A stretch of 64,000 bases of DNA from a virus, in the IMG/VR virus record IMGVR_UViG_3300045988_183986. One strand, given 5' to 3'. The position numbers and the translations under genes were made by a program. The number at the start of each line of letters is the position of its first letter. Position 1 is the first letter of the stretch. Positions 9,105-17,097 of the stretch are shown piece after piece. The notes under the pieces are model-generated. The model ran no database searches. It was not told the origin of the DNA and worked only from the letters and a program-made list of their open reading frames with translations.

Positions 9105-9422
9105 TTAATCTCTGTGATAGCGTTGCATCATACCGAACATAGCCGCAAGCGCCAATGCAAGGTAGATGTAAGTGTATCCCTTTTCAATCATGTTCAGAAT
9201 CACGATGGTAAAGCTCGAAAAAGCACCACAATAAAAAGCGGCACCAAGTTTATCGACCAAAAACATCAACATCTGGGCAACGACTGCCGCAGGAACAAGA
9301 AGCTTGAGACGCTTGGCCTCAATGATTCCGTCCCAGTCAAGAACAGCAATGAAGCTGGCTCCCATGCAGATGACCCAAACAAAAGCGAAAATAAGGGTTG
9401 CTGTGTCAAAAAAGTTACTCAT
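9105..9422 (-). CDS. small multi-TM membrane protein, paralog A
   Basis: ORF 9105..9437. Start MSNFFDTA with GGAGGT. Paralogous to 9478..9792; 3' ends share the nucleotide block atctgtgatagcg. Confidence 0.5.
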   Translation of the reverse strand: MSNFFDTATLIFAFVWVICMGASFIAVLDWDGIIEAKRLKLLVPAAVVAQMLMFLVDKLGAAFYCGAFSSFTIVILNMIEKGYTYIYLALALAAMFGMMQRYHRD

Positions 9423-9477
9423 ATCAGTTACCTCCAAAATTACTGATGGTTTACGGGTTTATGGACATCGAATCGCA

Positions 9478-9792
9478 TTATCTGTGATAGCGCTTTGTCA
9501 TGCCAAACATAGCTGCAATCATAATCGCCAAATATGCGTACAAATACAAGTTCTCAATCATTCCAAGAACTGAAATTGTAAGACTGGCGAACATACCGCA
9601 ATACAGAACAGCACCAATTTTTTTGATGATGAACAGCGTGGCTTGCGCAATGATGGCGACAACGAGAAAAACTTTGATGTATTTAGCCTCAAATAAACCA
9701 TCCCAATCGATGGCAAGGAAGATACAAGCCCCCACAGCGAGAGCCCAAACCAAAGCAGCAACAGATGCAACAGCGTCAAAGAAGCTTAACAT
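9478..9792 (-). CDS. small multi-TM membrane protein, paralog B
   Basis: ORF 9478..9807. Start MLSFFDAV. LAIDWDGLFEAKYIK matches AVLDWDGIIEAKRLK in the paralog. Confidence 0.5.
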   Translation of the reverse strand: MLSFFDAVASVAALVWALAVGACIFLAIDWDGLFEAKYIKVFLVVAIIAQATLFIIKKIGAVLYCGMFASLTISVLGMIENLYLYAYLAIMIAAMFGMTKRYHR

Positions 9793-9845
9793 AGCGAATA
9801 CCTCCATGTTTTAAATTAGGTTAATGTTCGGACATCTATATAAAC

Positions 9846-9883
9846 AGCAAAAAGCCGCCAATGGGACAATCCACTGGCGGCTC
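9846..9883 (-). terminator. leader terminator upstream of small membrane paralogs
   Basis: AGCCGCCAGTGGattgtcCCATTGGCGGCT + TTTTT on minus strand. Confidence 0.5.
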
Positions 9884-9929
9884 AGTTGCCGATTGCAATA
9901 ATACAGTTAAATCATTTGATTTATGTTAT

Positions 9930-9965
9930 GTCTCAATTATATTAACTTCGCAGCATAATGCAAGA
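9930..9965 (-). promoter_or_regulatory. class B promoter (TTGCAT-tATGCTGCGAAGttaa-TATAAT)
   Basis: Variant of conserved spacer, immediately after sortase stop. Confidence 0.45.
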
Positions 9966-9971
9966 GCTTTT

Positions 9972-10943
9972 TCAGAAGACTTCGTCAAGTTTTGCACATA
10001 CAATAAAACGAGTATCGTAATTATCACTGCCTGAACAGGTGGACAAAATCAAAACCTTATCATTCAATCCAACTTCTGTGGCGTACTGATTGTAAGAGTA
10101 AGCTTTCATACTTGCAATCTCTGTCAGAAAATACGAATCATCCGGATTCGCAATGGTATAACTTGGGTCAATAGGATAATCGGCAACAGCAAAGATTTTC
10201 CATCGTGTCTGTTGTTCACCCAGAGTAAGATAAATATACCGATGTTCTTTTGCAAAGTTGACATCGCGGAAGTATTTCAAAACACTGAATTTCTTGTGCA
10301 TACTGTTTCCGTTGCTATGTCCAAAAATAACAGTTACTCTGTACATATCATCAACATTGCTGACATTCCATTCGGAGGGAACAAAATAAGCGCCCCAGAT
10401 ACTTTCCCTATCGAACTCATTGTGAGTCAGATAATAATCATCGTCTGTGGGATGCTGCAAAATTGGCTCATCTGTAACATCAACGCCGGGAACAGTTAAG
10501 TAACCAACGGTGTTTTTGGAATACGCTGGCTTTGGTGTCGGTTCCGGTTCTGAATCACTCTCACTTGAATTAGAAGACGGGATAAGAATCGAGGGAGTAG
10601 AAACAGGTTCTTCTACATCATCGGAGATGTTTCCTGTCTCATATGCAGGGATATGATAGTAATCATACGCTTTCCATCCAATATAGCCAATCATGGCAAT
10701 AAGAACGATGCAGATTACGACCAACAAAACTGTCCAGATGGAAAATCGCCGTTTCTCTTTGTCCTCTGACGCGTCCATCGCATCCATCGATTCATTGTCA
10801 TCCTCGTCATGACTTGCCTTTTGATGAGGGAAGTTTTCACCAGTTCCATCATCCTCATCATTTGGAATGTAATTGTACGCACCAAGTTCCTGCTCGAAAT
10901 GTTCTTCTTCAGGCAGTGGTGGAATAATAGGTGTTTTTGCCAT
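9972..10943 (-). CDS. srtB: class B sortase
   Basis: N-terminal TM anchor. Conserved His in IFGHSNGNS, catalytic Cys in LILSTCSGSD (TLxTC-like), Arg in YDTRFIVCAKL. Confidence 0.7.
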   Translation of the reverse strand: MAKTPIIPPLPEEEHFEQELGAYNYIPNDEDDGTGENFPHQKASHDEDDNESMDAMDASEDKEKRRFSIWTVLLVVICIVLIAMIGYIGWKAYDYYHIPAYETGNISDDVEEPVSTPSILIPSSNSSESDSEPEPTPKPAYSKNTVGYLTVPGVDVTDEPILQHPTDDDYYLTHNEFDRESIWGAYFVPSEWNVSNVDDMYRVTVIFGHSNGNSMHKKFSVLKYFRDVNFAKEHRYIYLTLGEQQTRWKIFAVADYPIDPSYTIANPDDSYFLTEIASMKAYSYNQYATEVGLNDKVLILSTCSGSDNYDTRFIVCAKLDEVF

Positions 10944-10954
10944 AATACATCACC

Positions 10955-12118
10955 TTATTCAGCTGCGGCAGACCGCTCGTACACATCAATGCAGTAGTTG
11001 CCCATAATCTTGTTGTACATGCACTCCTGTGCCAAAGGACCTGCCCCATAGGTATCAACGGCGTTATCATAGTTACTGCCAATATAAGCTTTTACTTCAT
11101 CGACAGACGGTTTATAGTCCTGTTCCTCTGCCAGATACTGCGCAACAAGGCTCAGTAAAACATTTTCTTCCGTCTGACTACGAAGACTTTCTGAATACTC
11201 CTCCGAGGTCTTATAATTGCTGTATGTCTGAACGAATGTCTCCAAGTCCATATTGTAGGCAGTTGCTTCGTTTTCGACATACTTCAAGTTGGTTTCAAGA
11301 CTCAGGTTGACAAGGTCTGTCGTATCCTTTTTGAGTTTTACATTGTCAATGAAATACTGTTCAATCTCATTCTGAATCTTATTCATACGAAGATTCTCTT
11401 CAACATATTCACGAAGCAGGTCTACTGTAGTTACAGCAGTGCCGTCTTGCAGCTTGTAGCCACTCATGATACCGGCAACATCAGCATCTGTCATGCTATA
11501 TTGAGAAATCTTATTAAGCGTTACATGGAAAACAGCTTCCTTGTTGGCGAGCTCGATAGTCTGCTCGCCTGTGGTTCTATCTGTTGTACTGCTATATCCA
11601 TCAGGGAATGTTACTGTGACGTCAAACGAATCCCCCGTGTTATGCCCGACGATTTGCTCTTCAAATCCGTCAATAAAGGTATTGGAACCGAGTTCCAAAT
11701 CGTAGTCTTCTGTTGTTCCACCGGTAAAAGCAACACCATCAACCGTACCCTCGTAGTTAATGTTCACAACATCGCCTTCCTGTGCGGCGCGGTCTGTTAC
11801 CTCTGTCGTCAGCTTGTAATTGGACTGAAAATAATCCAACTCATTTTGAATCTCCTCGTCTGTAACGGCGTATACATCTTTGCTGACCGTATACTTCTTA
11901 TAATCCTTGGGCATTTTTATGTACTTGGATGCAGTCACATCACGAAAATACCCGTCATCATCAAGACCGAGGTCATACTCAACAGCGGAAGCTGTTTCGG
12001 AGGTGGCTGTTTCCGCAGTCTCAGATGCACTTGTATCGGCCGTATCTTTACTGCACGCGGTCAATGCAATACATGCAGCACTGATGACCGCCAGAATCAT
12101 TTTTGCGTTTTTCTTCAT
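10955..12118 (-). CDS. trigger-factor-like FKBP-type PPIase lipoprotein (lacks ribosome-binding N-domain)
   Basis: Start MKKNAKMILAVISAACIALTACS (signal peptide + lipobox LTAC) with AAGGAG RBS. GDVVNINYEGTVDGVAFTGGTTEDYDLELGSNTFIDGFEEQIVGHNTGDSFDVTVTFPDGY closely follows the trigger-factor PPIase domain pattern. C-terminal ~200 aa are TF C-domain-like. Confidence 0.65.
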   Translation of the reverse strand: MKKNAKMILAVISAACIALTACSKDTADTSASETAETATSETASAVEYDLGLDDDGYFRDVTASKYIKMPKDYKKYTVSKDVYAVTDEEIQNELDYFQSNYKLTTEVTDRAAQEGDVVNINYEGTVDGVAFTGGTTEDYDLELGSNTFIDGFEEQIVGHNTGDSFDVTVTFPDGYSSTTDRTTGEQTIELANKEAVFHVTLNKISQYSMTDADVAGIMSGYKLQDGTAVTTVDLLREYVEENLRMNKIQNEIEQYFIDNVKLKKDTTDLVNLSLETNLKYVENEATAYNMDLETFVQTYSNYKTSEEYSESLRSQTEENVLLSLVAQYLAEEQDYKPSVDEVKAYIGSNYDNAVDTYGAGPLAQECMYNKIMGNYCIDVYERSAAAE

Positions 12119-12132
12119 GAAAATCTCCTTTA

Positions 12133-12170
12133 TAAAAAGACCCCGGCAGACAGGTTGCCTACCGGGGCAG
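12133..12170 (-). terminator. GC-rich hairpin + T-run after secE-like gene
   Basis: CCCCGG...CCGGGG stem followed by TTTTT, then RBS of lipoprotein gene. Confidence 0.45.
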
Positions 12171-12174
12171 TATT

Positions 12175-12426
12175 TTAAACGAACAGGAACGGGACATGAA
12201 GCAGCAGGGCATAAGCTGCATCCATGATACCAATGATAACGGCAGACACAGCGCTCACAGCAAGAACTGCTCCGGTTCGACGGAACGTATTGCGCATACT
12301 CGGCCAAGTCACATTTTTGGGTGCAACCAGATTGTGCAGTTTCTTGGGCGTGCTCTTGATGAAAGAAGGAATTGCCTTCACGAAATTCACGATAGCCATT
12401 CCAATCTTTTTCAGTTTCTTTTTCAT
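12175..12426 (-). CDS. secE: SecE-like small translocon subunit
   Basis: Start MKKKLKKIGM. KNVTWPSMRNTFRRTGAVLAVSAVSAVIIGIMDAAYALLL matches the bacterial SecE pattern (K.V.WP...E..R.T..V......F.LD). ATG overlaps the upstream gene stop (ATGA). Confidence 0.6.
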   Translation of the reverse strand: MKKKLKKIGMAIVNFVKAIPSFIKSTPKKLHNLVAPKNVTWPSMRNTFRRTGAVLAVSAVSAVIIGIMDAAYALLLHVPFLFV

Positions 12427-12677
12427 GCCGCACCTCCTACTCCGGTTACTACGAACATGATGATTGCGATAACAAGCAGAATAGCTGTACATACAGCAAC
12501 CAGTTTATTTGCGGACGTTTTCGTGCTGTCTTTAGCACTCGAGCGCATTGTATCACTGATTCCGGTGATAACACTAAGACTGTTCTTGTCAGCCTTATCC
12601 ATGGAAAGCGTAACCGCACAAACCAGAACAGAAACCAGCAGAATCAAGATGCACAGAATGATTTCATAAATTGCCAT
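12423..12677 (-). CDS. secG: SecG-like two-TM protein
   Basis: 84 aa. TM1 + polar loop (NSLSVITGISDT) + TM2, resembling SecG topology. Translationally coupled between SecY and SecE paralogs. Confidence 0.45.
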   Translation of the reverse strand: MAIYEIILCILILLVSVLVCAVTLSMDKADKNSLSVITGISDTMRSSAKDSTKTSANKLVAVCTAILLVIAIIMFVVTGVGGAA

Positions 12678-12692
12678 TGTGTTGCCCTCCCG

Positions 12693-14033
12693 TCAATTCA
12701 AGAAACCCTTGTGATGGCGAACCACCAAATGGCTGTTAAGAGAATCGATAACTTCAAGCGTAACACCTGTGACAATCAACAGACTGGTACCGCCAAAGTG
12801 CATATTCAGACCTGTAACCGCAGTTGCCAAGATAGGCACACATGCAATAACCGAAAGAACAAATGCTCCCGAACCGGCGAGAGAATGGCAAGCATTGCGC
12901 AAATAATCACTGGTAGCTTTGCCTGCTCGAATACCGGGGATACTGCCGCCGTTCTTGCGCAGGTTGTTTGCCATTTCGATGGGGTCGAATGTGATGTCGA
13001 TGTAGAATAAGTTGAATGCGAAAATCAGGGCTACATACGCAACATCATAAATCCAATTCCGCGAATTCCAAGATGCCAGCGCCATATACAGGCTGGGGTG
13101 CTTGTTGTAATCGAGGAACATCGTCACGAGAGACGGCATACTGCAAATGGTGGACGAGAAAATAATAGGCATAACACCCGACATAATCAGTTTGATGGGG
13201 ATATAACTGGACTGACCAGTGGATGCTTTGTTCCCTACATTTTTACCGGCATACTGAACAGGAACGCGGCGCTCTGCATCGCTTGCGAAAACGACATAGA
13301 AGGTGGCCACCAAAACAAAGAGGATGACGCCGGGAATCATCAGATAATACCACCATCCATTTTCTTTGCCCATTGCAATAGAGTTCTGGAACAACGAGAT
13401 GACAGCATCCCATCTGGAAATGATACCGGTAAAGATGATAAGGGAAATACCGTTGCCAATACCTTTTTCGTCAATCAGCCATCCAAGCCAGATGACGATT
13501 TGAGAACCAGCAGTCAGAATGGCAATAACAGTAATGGCTTCCACGACCTGCGAAATGCCGGAAGTGTATTTCATCGCACCGTAGTTCTTCATAATAAAGA
13601 AGTACCCGATAGCTGTTACGACCGCCAAACCACAACCAACATACTGCGTGATTTTATTGATTTGCTTCTGCCCGCCGATGTCCTTGCTGATTTCTTCCAG
13701 TTTCGGAATCGCAACAGTCAAAAGCTGGATGATGATGCTTGCGTTGATGTATGCAGATACGCCAATCGCAAATACCGCACACTGAGAAAGTGCGCCACCG
13801 GAAACCAGATTGTAATAATCCAGTACAGAGGTGCTTCCGAACATAGTCTGAAGCGCAGCGGTGTTTACGAACGGAATCGTAATACCGCAACCCAGACGAT
13901 AAATCAGAAGACAAAGGATGGTGAAGAGAATCTTGTTGCGAACATCATCCACCATCAGCTTCTGAAAGATGGTGCTGTTCGAATAAGACTTTTTGAGTTT
14001 CGGCTTTTTCGCCGGATTTTTAATGTTGTCCAA
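12693..14033 (-). CDS. secY: preprotein translocase SecY paralog
   Basis: 446 aa, 10 TM. ILFTILCLLIYRLGCGITIPFVN...SGGALSQCAVFAIGVSAYINASIIIQLL is the canonical SecY N-terminal signature. Not flanked by ribosomal-protein/adk genes. Confidence 0.85.
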   Translation of the reverse strand: MDNIKNPAKKPKLKKSYSNSTIFQKLMVDDVRNKILFTILCLLIYRLGCGITIPFVNTAALQTMFGSTSVLDYYNLVSGGALSQCAVFAIGVSAYINASIIIQLLTVAIPKLEEISKDIGGQKQINKITQYVGCGLAVVTAIGYFFIMKNYGAMKYTSGISQVVEAITVIAILTAGSQIVIWLGWLIDEKGIGNGISLIIFTGIISRWDAVISLFQNSIAMGKENGWWYYLMIPGVILFVLVATFYVVFASDAERRVPVQYAGKNVGNKASTGQSSYIPIKLIMSGVMPIIFSSTICSMPSLVTMFLDYNKHPSLYMALASWNSRNWIYDVAYVALIFAFNLFYIDITFDPIEMANNLRKNGGSIPGIRAGKATSDYLRNACHSLAGSGAFVLSVIACVPILATAVTGLNMHFGGTSLLIVTGVTLEVIDSLNSHLVVRHHKGFLN

Positions 14034-14057
14034 TGCTTACTCCTTCCGCGACTGAGA

Positions 14058-14333
14058 TTATCGAGCAAAGAAAGCAACGATGATTCGCATCAGAAAGGCT
14101 ACAACGGCCAACTTCGTTGCAAGCCACATGAACCAATCGAGTTTGTCGATACCTTCGTCGAATACATTTGTTGCGGCAGCATCTTTTTTGTTACTGTCGC
14201 AATCCCCGTCAACATGGTTTTTCTTGATTTTGTTGCGATTAAGCACAAACAAAGTTCGAAACAAAGCCCATGTTGCAATACAGAATCCGTATACGATTAG
14301 AAGCTCGATACAGAAACTGTGCAAAGACGACAT
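14058..14333 (-). CDS. small membrane protein, hypothetical
   Basis: 91 aa, two hydrophobic segments. Immediately upstream of SecY paralog in same operon. Confidence 0.4.
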   Translation of the reverse strand: MSSLHSFCIELLIVYGFCIATWALFRTLFVLNRNKIKKNHVDGDCDSNKKDAAATNVFDEGIDKLDWFMWLATKLAVVAFLMRIIVAFFAR

Positions 14334-15010
14334 TAAGCGGATGCGCCGTTGGCGTCAGGAGTCGTATTGGAGGCGGTCTCGGCAACGGCCTCTACCGGAG
14401 TTTCCGTGACAGTCTCTGCGGGAGAAGTGATATCCCCGGTGATTGTGGGGACGTTGGCATCTTCTGCGACCGACTCATTGACGGGCGCTTCAATAACCGC
14501 ATCCTTGACTCCATCAGCAGTCACTTTCTTTGCTGCGATTTTTGCGAAGTGCTCATTGCGCTTTTCACGGCAAGCCTTGCAGCGGGTGGGGAGCTTGTAG
14601 TCATGGACGACATACCAGTACAGCTCGCGATTGGTAAACTGCAGCTTCTGACCGCAATCTGCGCAGGTGTCTTCCAGACCGATGTTATCCAGCCCGCGCT
14701 TCACGAAGTCGCGATGAATTTTGCGGCATTCCGGGCAGCGGTTCGGCAGAGAATAACCGTGACTCTCGAAGAAATCGCGGTCACGATTGGTGATGTCGAA
14801 TTCATGACCGCAGTCAACGCACTTGCGGGTCTCAAACACCTCATTGCTCTTTGCATCAGCTTCCTTGCGAGCTTCATCCTCTGCGCGGTGTTTTGCGAAA
14901 TCGTCACGCATACGACACTCGCGGCACAGCACCTCGCTCTCATTGGCGGTGCTGAACGGCTTGTTGCACTTCTCACAGGTCTTGCGGAACTTCTTTGCTG
15001 CATCTTTCAT
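14333..15010 (-). CDS. triple zinc-ribbon protein, hypothetical
   Basis: Three CxxC-(N15-22)-CxxC units (CEKC..CREC; CVDC..CPEC; CADC..CKAC), each followed by an FTN/ITN motif. Acidic C-terminal tail. Confidence 0.5.
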   Translation of the reverse strand: MKDAAKKFRKTCEKCNKPFSTANESEVLCRECRMRDDFAKHRAEDEARKEADAKSNEVFETRKCVDCGHEFDITNRDRDFFESHGYSLPNRCPECRKIHRDFVKRGLDNIGLEDTCADCGQKLQFTNRELYWYVVHDYKLPTRCKACREKRNEHFAKIAAKKVTADGVKDAVIEAPVNESVAEDANVPTITGDITSPAETVTETPVEAVAETASNTTPDANGASA

Positions 15011-15053
15011 GGTTTAAGTCTCCTTTATGGTAAAAAATTAAAATAATGATTGA

Positions 15054-15569
15054 TTAGGCGTTGGGACCAGAAAAAGAATCGATAATTTCATCAACGTGGA
15101 CGTTCAAGTCGGACTTGTCATCATCTTTCTTGGCGGGCTGTTTTACAGGAACAACGATATCAGGCTCATTCTTCTTTTCCTCCGCCGCCTTTTCTTCAAC
15201 AGGCTTCTCTGCGGATTTATCCTTGGCCTCAGTGACCTCGGACGCACTATCGGAATCCACCTTGCCGGATTCATCCTTACCGGCATCAGGATTCGCCTCG
15301 GTTGCCTTATCAGTATCCTTTTTCGTCTCATCATGCTTGCGTTCTACGCGGATGACATGAACGGCAGCCACGGGCGCGTGATGAATATCATCGATGCGCT
15401 CATCACAACCGCAGCACTCATCACAGTCATCACAATCGTCGTCATCATAAAGATAACCGTCATCCTCCAACTCTTTGATGACCTCGTTCTTCACATACTT
15501 GGTCGTGAGTTTCAGGGCAACGGCTGCAACAGTGGCGGCACCAATAACGGACAGAATGTTCTTCTTCAT
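15054..15569 (-). CDS. N-terminally anchored acidic protein with DDDDCDDCDECCGCDE cluster
   Basis: 171 aa. N-terminal hydrophobic segment. Asp/Cys-rich metal-binding-like cluster. K/E/D-rich tail. First gene after class A promoter at 15610..15646. Confidence 0.45.
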   Translation of the reverse strand: MKKNILSVIGAATVAAVALKLTTKYVKNEVIKELEDDGYLYDDDDCDDCDECCGCDERIDDIHHAPVAAVHVIRVERKHDETKKDTDKATEANPDAGKDESGKVDSDSASEVTEAKDKSAEKPVEEKAAEEKKNEPDIVVPVKQPAKKDDDKSDLNVHVDEIIDSFSGPNA

Positions 15570-15609
15570 AAATTTCTCCTTTGACTAAAAAGCAATGTTT
15601 CGCTTGGAA

Positions 15610-15646
15610 TATTTATATTATACCACATAAATATAATGTGGTCAAT
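15610..15646 (-). promoter_or_regulatory. class A promoter: TTGACC-N17-TATAAT with TGTGGTATAATATA
   Basis: Minus-strand reading TTGACCacattatatttatgTGGTATAATATA. Drives the 15569->12175 operon. Confidence 0.6.
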
Positions 15647-15862
15647 ACAAATTGCGAATAAAAAAATGCCCCGCCGAAGCAAGGCACGTAAAATATCAGA
15701 AGTGTCTTATCAGATTGCGCCGTAAAACCCCTTGTTTTAGCTATGGGGATATAAGGCGCAGTGAAACTTAAGTTGTAATGTTTACAAATCGCACAAGTAT
15801 TGAATGGCGAGCTGTGATATAATAAATCAAAAAACTTCTCAACGGCAAAAGGATAAAATGGG

Positions 15863-16966
15863 ATGACATTTCAAAAGGGTGTAAAATTTAGAATCTACCC
15901 AAACCGGGAGCAGCGCAATCTGATTGACCGCACTCTCGGTTGCAGCAGACTCATTTACAATAAAGGTCTTGCCATGCGGGAGGACGCTTTCAAAAGCGGG
16001 GAAAAGTGCGGCTACAAGCAAACTTCTGCTATGCTGACAGCGCTCAAGCAGGATGCGAACTACGCGTTTCTCAAAGAGGTGGATTCCATTGCTTTGCAGC
16101 AAGCGCTGCGAAACCTTGATGCCGGATACACAAACTTTTTCGAGCATAGAGCTGCACATCCAAAATTCAAAAGCAAAAAAAGCGCCAAACAATCATACCG
16201 CACACTCAATATTGATAACGGTATACGCATTTCTAATAAGCGCATTCACTTACCGAAAATCGGTTGGGTAAAAGTTCATCAGTCTATGGAGATTGGCGCA
16301 ATTCACAACGCAACAGTAGCACGCACAGCCACCGGTAAATATTTCGTAGTTCTTAATGTGGAATATGACCCTCAGCCTATGCCAAACAACGGTTGTGTAG
16401 TAGGCATTGATGTTGGACTCAAAGAATTCTATTCCGATAGTAACGGTACTGTGGTTAATAACCCCAAATACTTGGAGAAAAAAGCCAAAAAACTTGCTCG
16501 CGAACAGCGGCGTTTGGCTCGCAAACAGAAAGGCTCACATAATCGTGAAAAGCAGCGTATAAGAGTCGCTGCCGCCCACGAAAAGATTGCTAATCAACGA
16601 AACGATTTCCTTCAAAAACAGTCTACTATGCTGGTGCGTGAAAATCAAACCATCTGCATCGAAGACCTTAATGTAAAGGGAATGCTTCGTAATCATAAAC
16701 TTGCAAGAGCTATTTCCAGTGTTTCGTGGTCGTCTTTCTTTGGCATGCTGGAGTACAAAGCCTATTGGTACGGTTGTACAGTAATTCGTGTACCTACATT
16801 CTATCCGAGCAGCCAAACATGCAGTTGCTGCGGCTATAAGAATGTGGCTGTCAAGAACCTCAGCATCCGTCAATGGGAATGTCCGTCTTGTCACACGGTT
16901 CACAACCGCGATAAAAACGCTGCCGTTAATATTTTGCATAAAGGGCTTGAGCAAAAGTCCGCTTGA
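15863..16966 (+). CDS. tnpB: IS200/IS605-family transposase accessory protein TnpB (RuvC-like, RNA-guided nuclease family)
   Basis: [34 protein letters not shown]-terminus. C-terminal zinc finger [27 protein letters not shown]. Confidence 0.85.
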   Translation: MTFQKGVKFRIYPNREQRNLIDRTLGCSRLIYNKGLAMREDAFKSGEKCGYKQTSAMLTALKQDANYAFLKEVDSIALQQALRNLDAGYTNFFEHRAAHPKFKSKKSAKQSYRTLNIDNGIRISNKRIHLPKIGWVKVHQSMEIGAIHNATVARTATGKYFVVLNVEYDPQPMPNNGCVVGIDVGLKEFYSDSNGTVVNNPKYLEKKAKKLAREQRRLARKQKGSHNREKQRIRVAAAHEKIANQRNDFLQKQSTMLVRENQTICIEDLNVKGMLRNHKLARAISSVSWSSFFGMLEYKAYWYGCTVIRVPTFYPSSQTCSCCGYKNVAVKNLSIRQWECPSCHTVHNRDKNAAVNILHKGLEQKSA

Positions 16967-17095
16967 TAAATACATACCGTACCGTGGGACACACGGGAAG
17001 TAACGCCTGTCTGACATCGTGTAAGACGCAACAACCTCGGTTGCTGTGCAGTGGTGGTTGATGCAGGAATCCCCCTGCTTTAGCCGTGGGGAGAA
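16900..17095 (+). ncRNA. putative omega-RNA/right-end guide RNA region of the TnpB element
   Basis: By analogy with IS605 TnpB systems, whose guide RNA derives from the tnpB 3' end plus RE. RE hairpin at ~17068-17092. Confidence 0.3.
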
Positions 17096-17097
17096 TG

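Noticed and set aside
12693-14033. Housekeeping SecY
   Set aside because: Not rejected as SecY, but rejected as the housekeeping copy. It lacks the rplO/adk/map neighbourhood and is co-operonic with SecE/SecG-like genes inside an adhesin/sortase locus. Genome-wide check still needed.
13098-14300. 400-aa plus-strand ORF (also 12711..13010, 14270..15046, 24179..25198, 31215..32255, 33118..34377)
   Set aside because: Antisense shadows of SecY, the zinc-ribbon protein, ParM, flotillin and the secreted protein. No RBS and junk-like translations.
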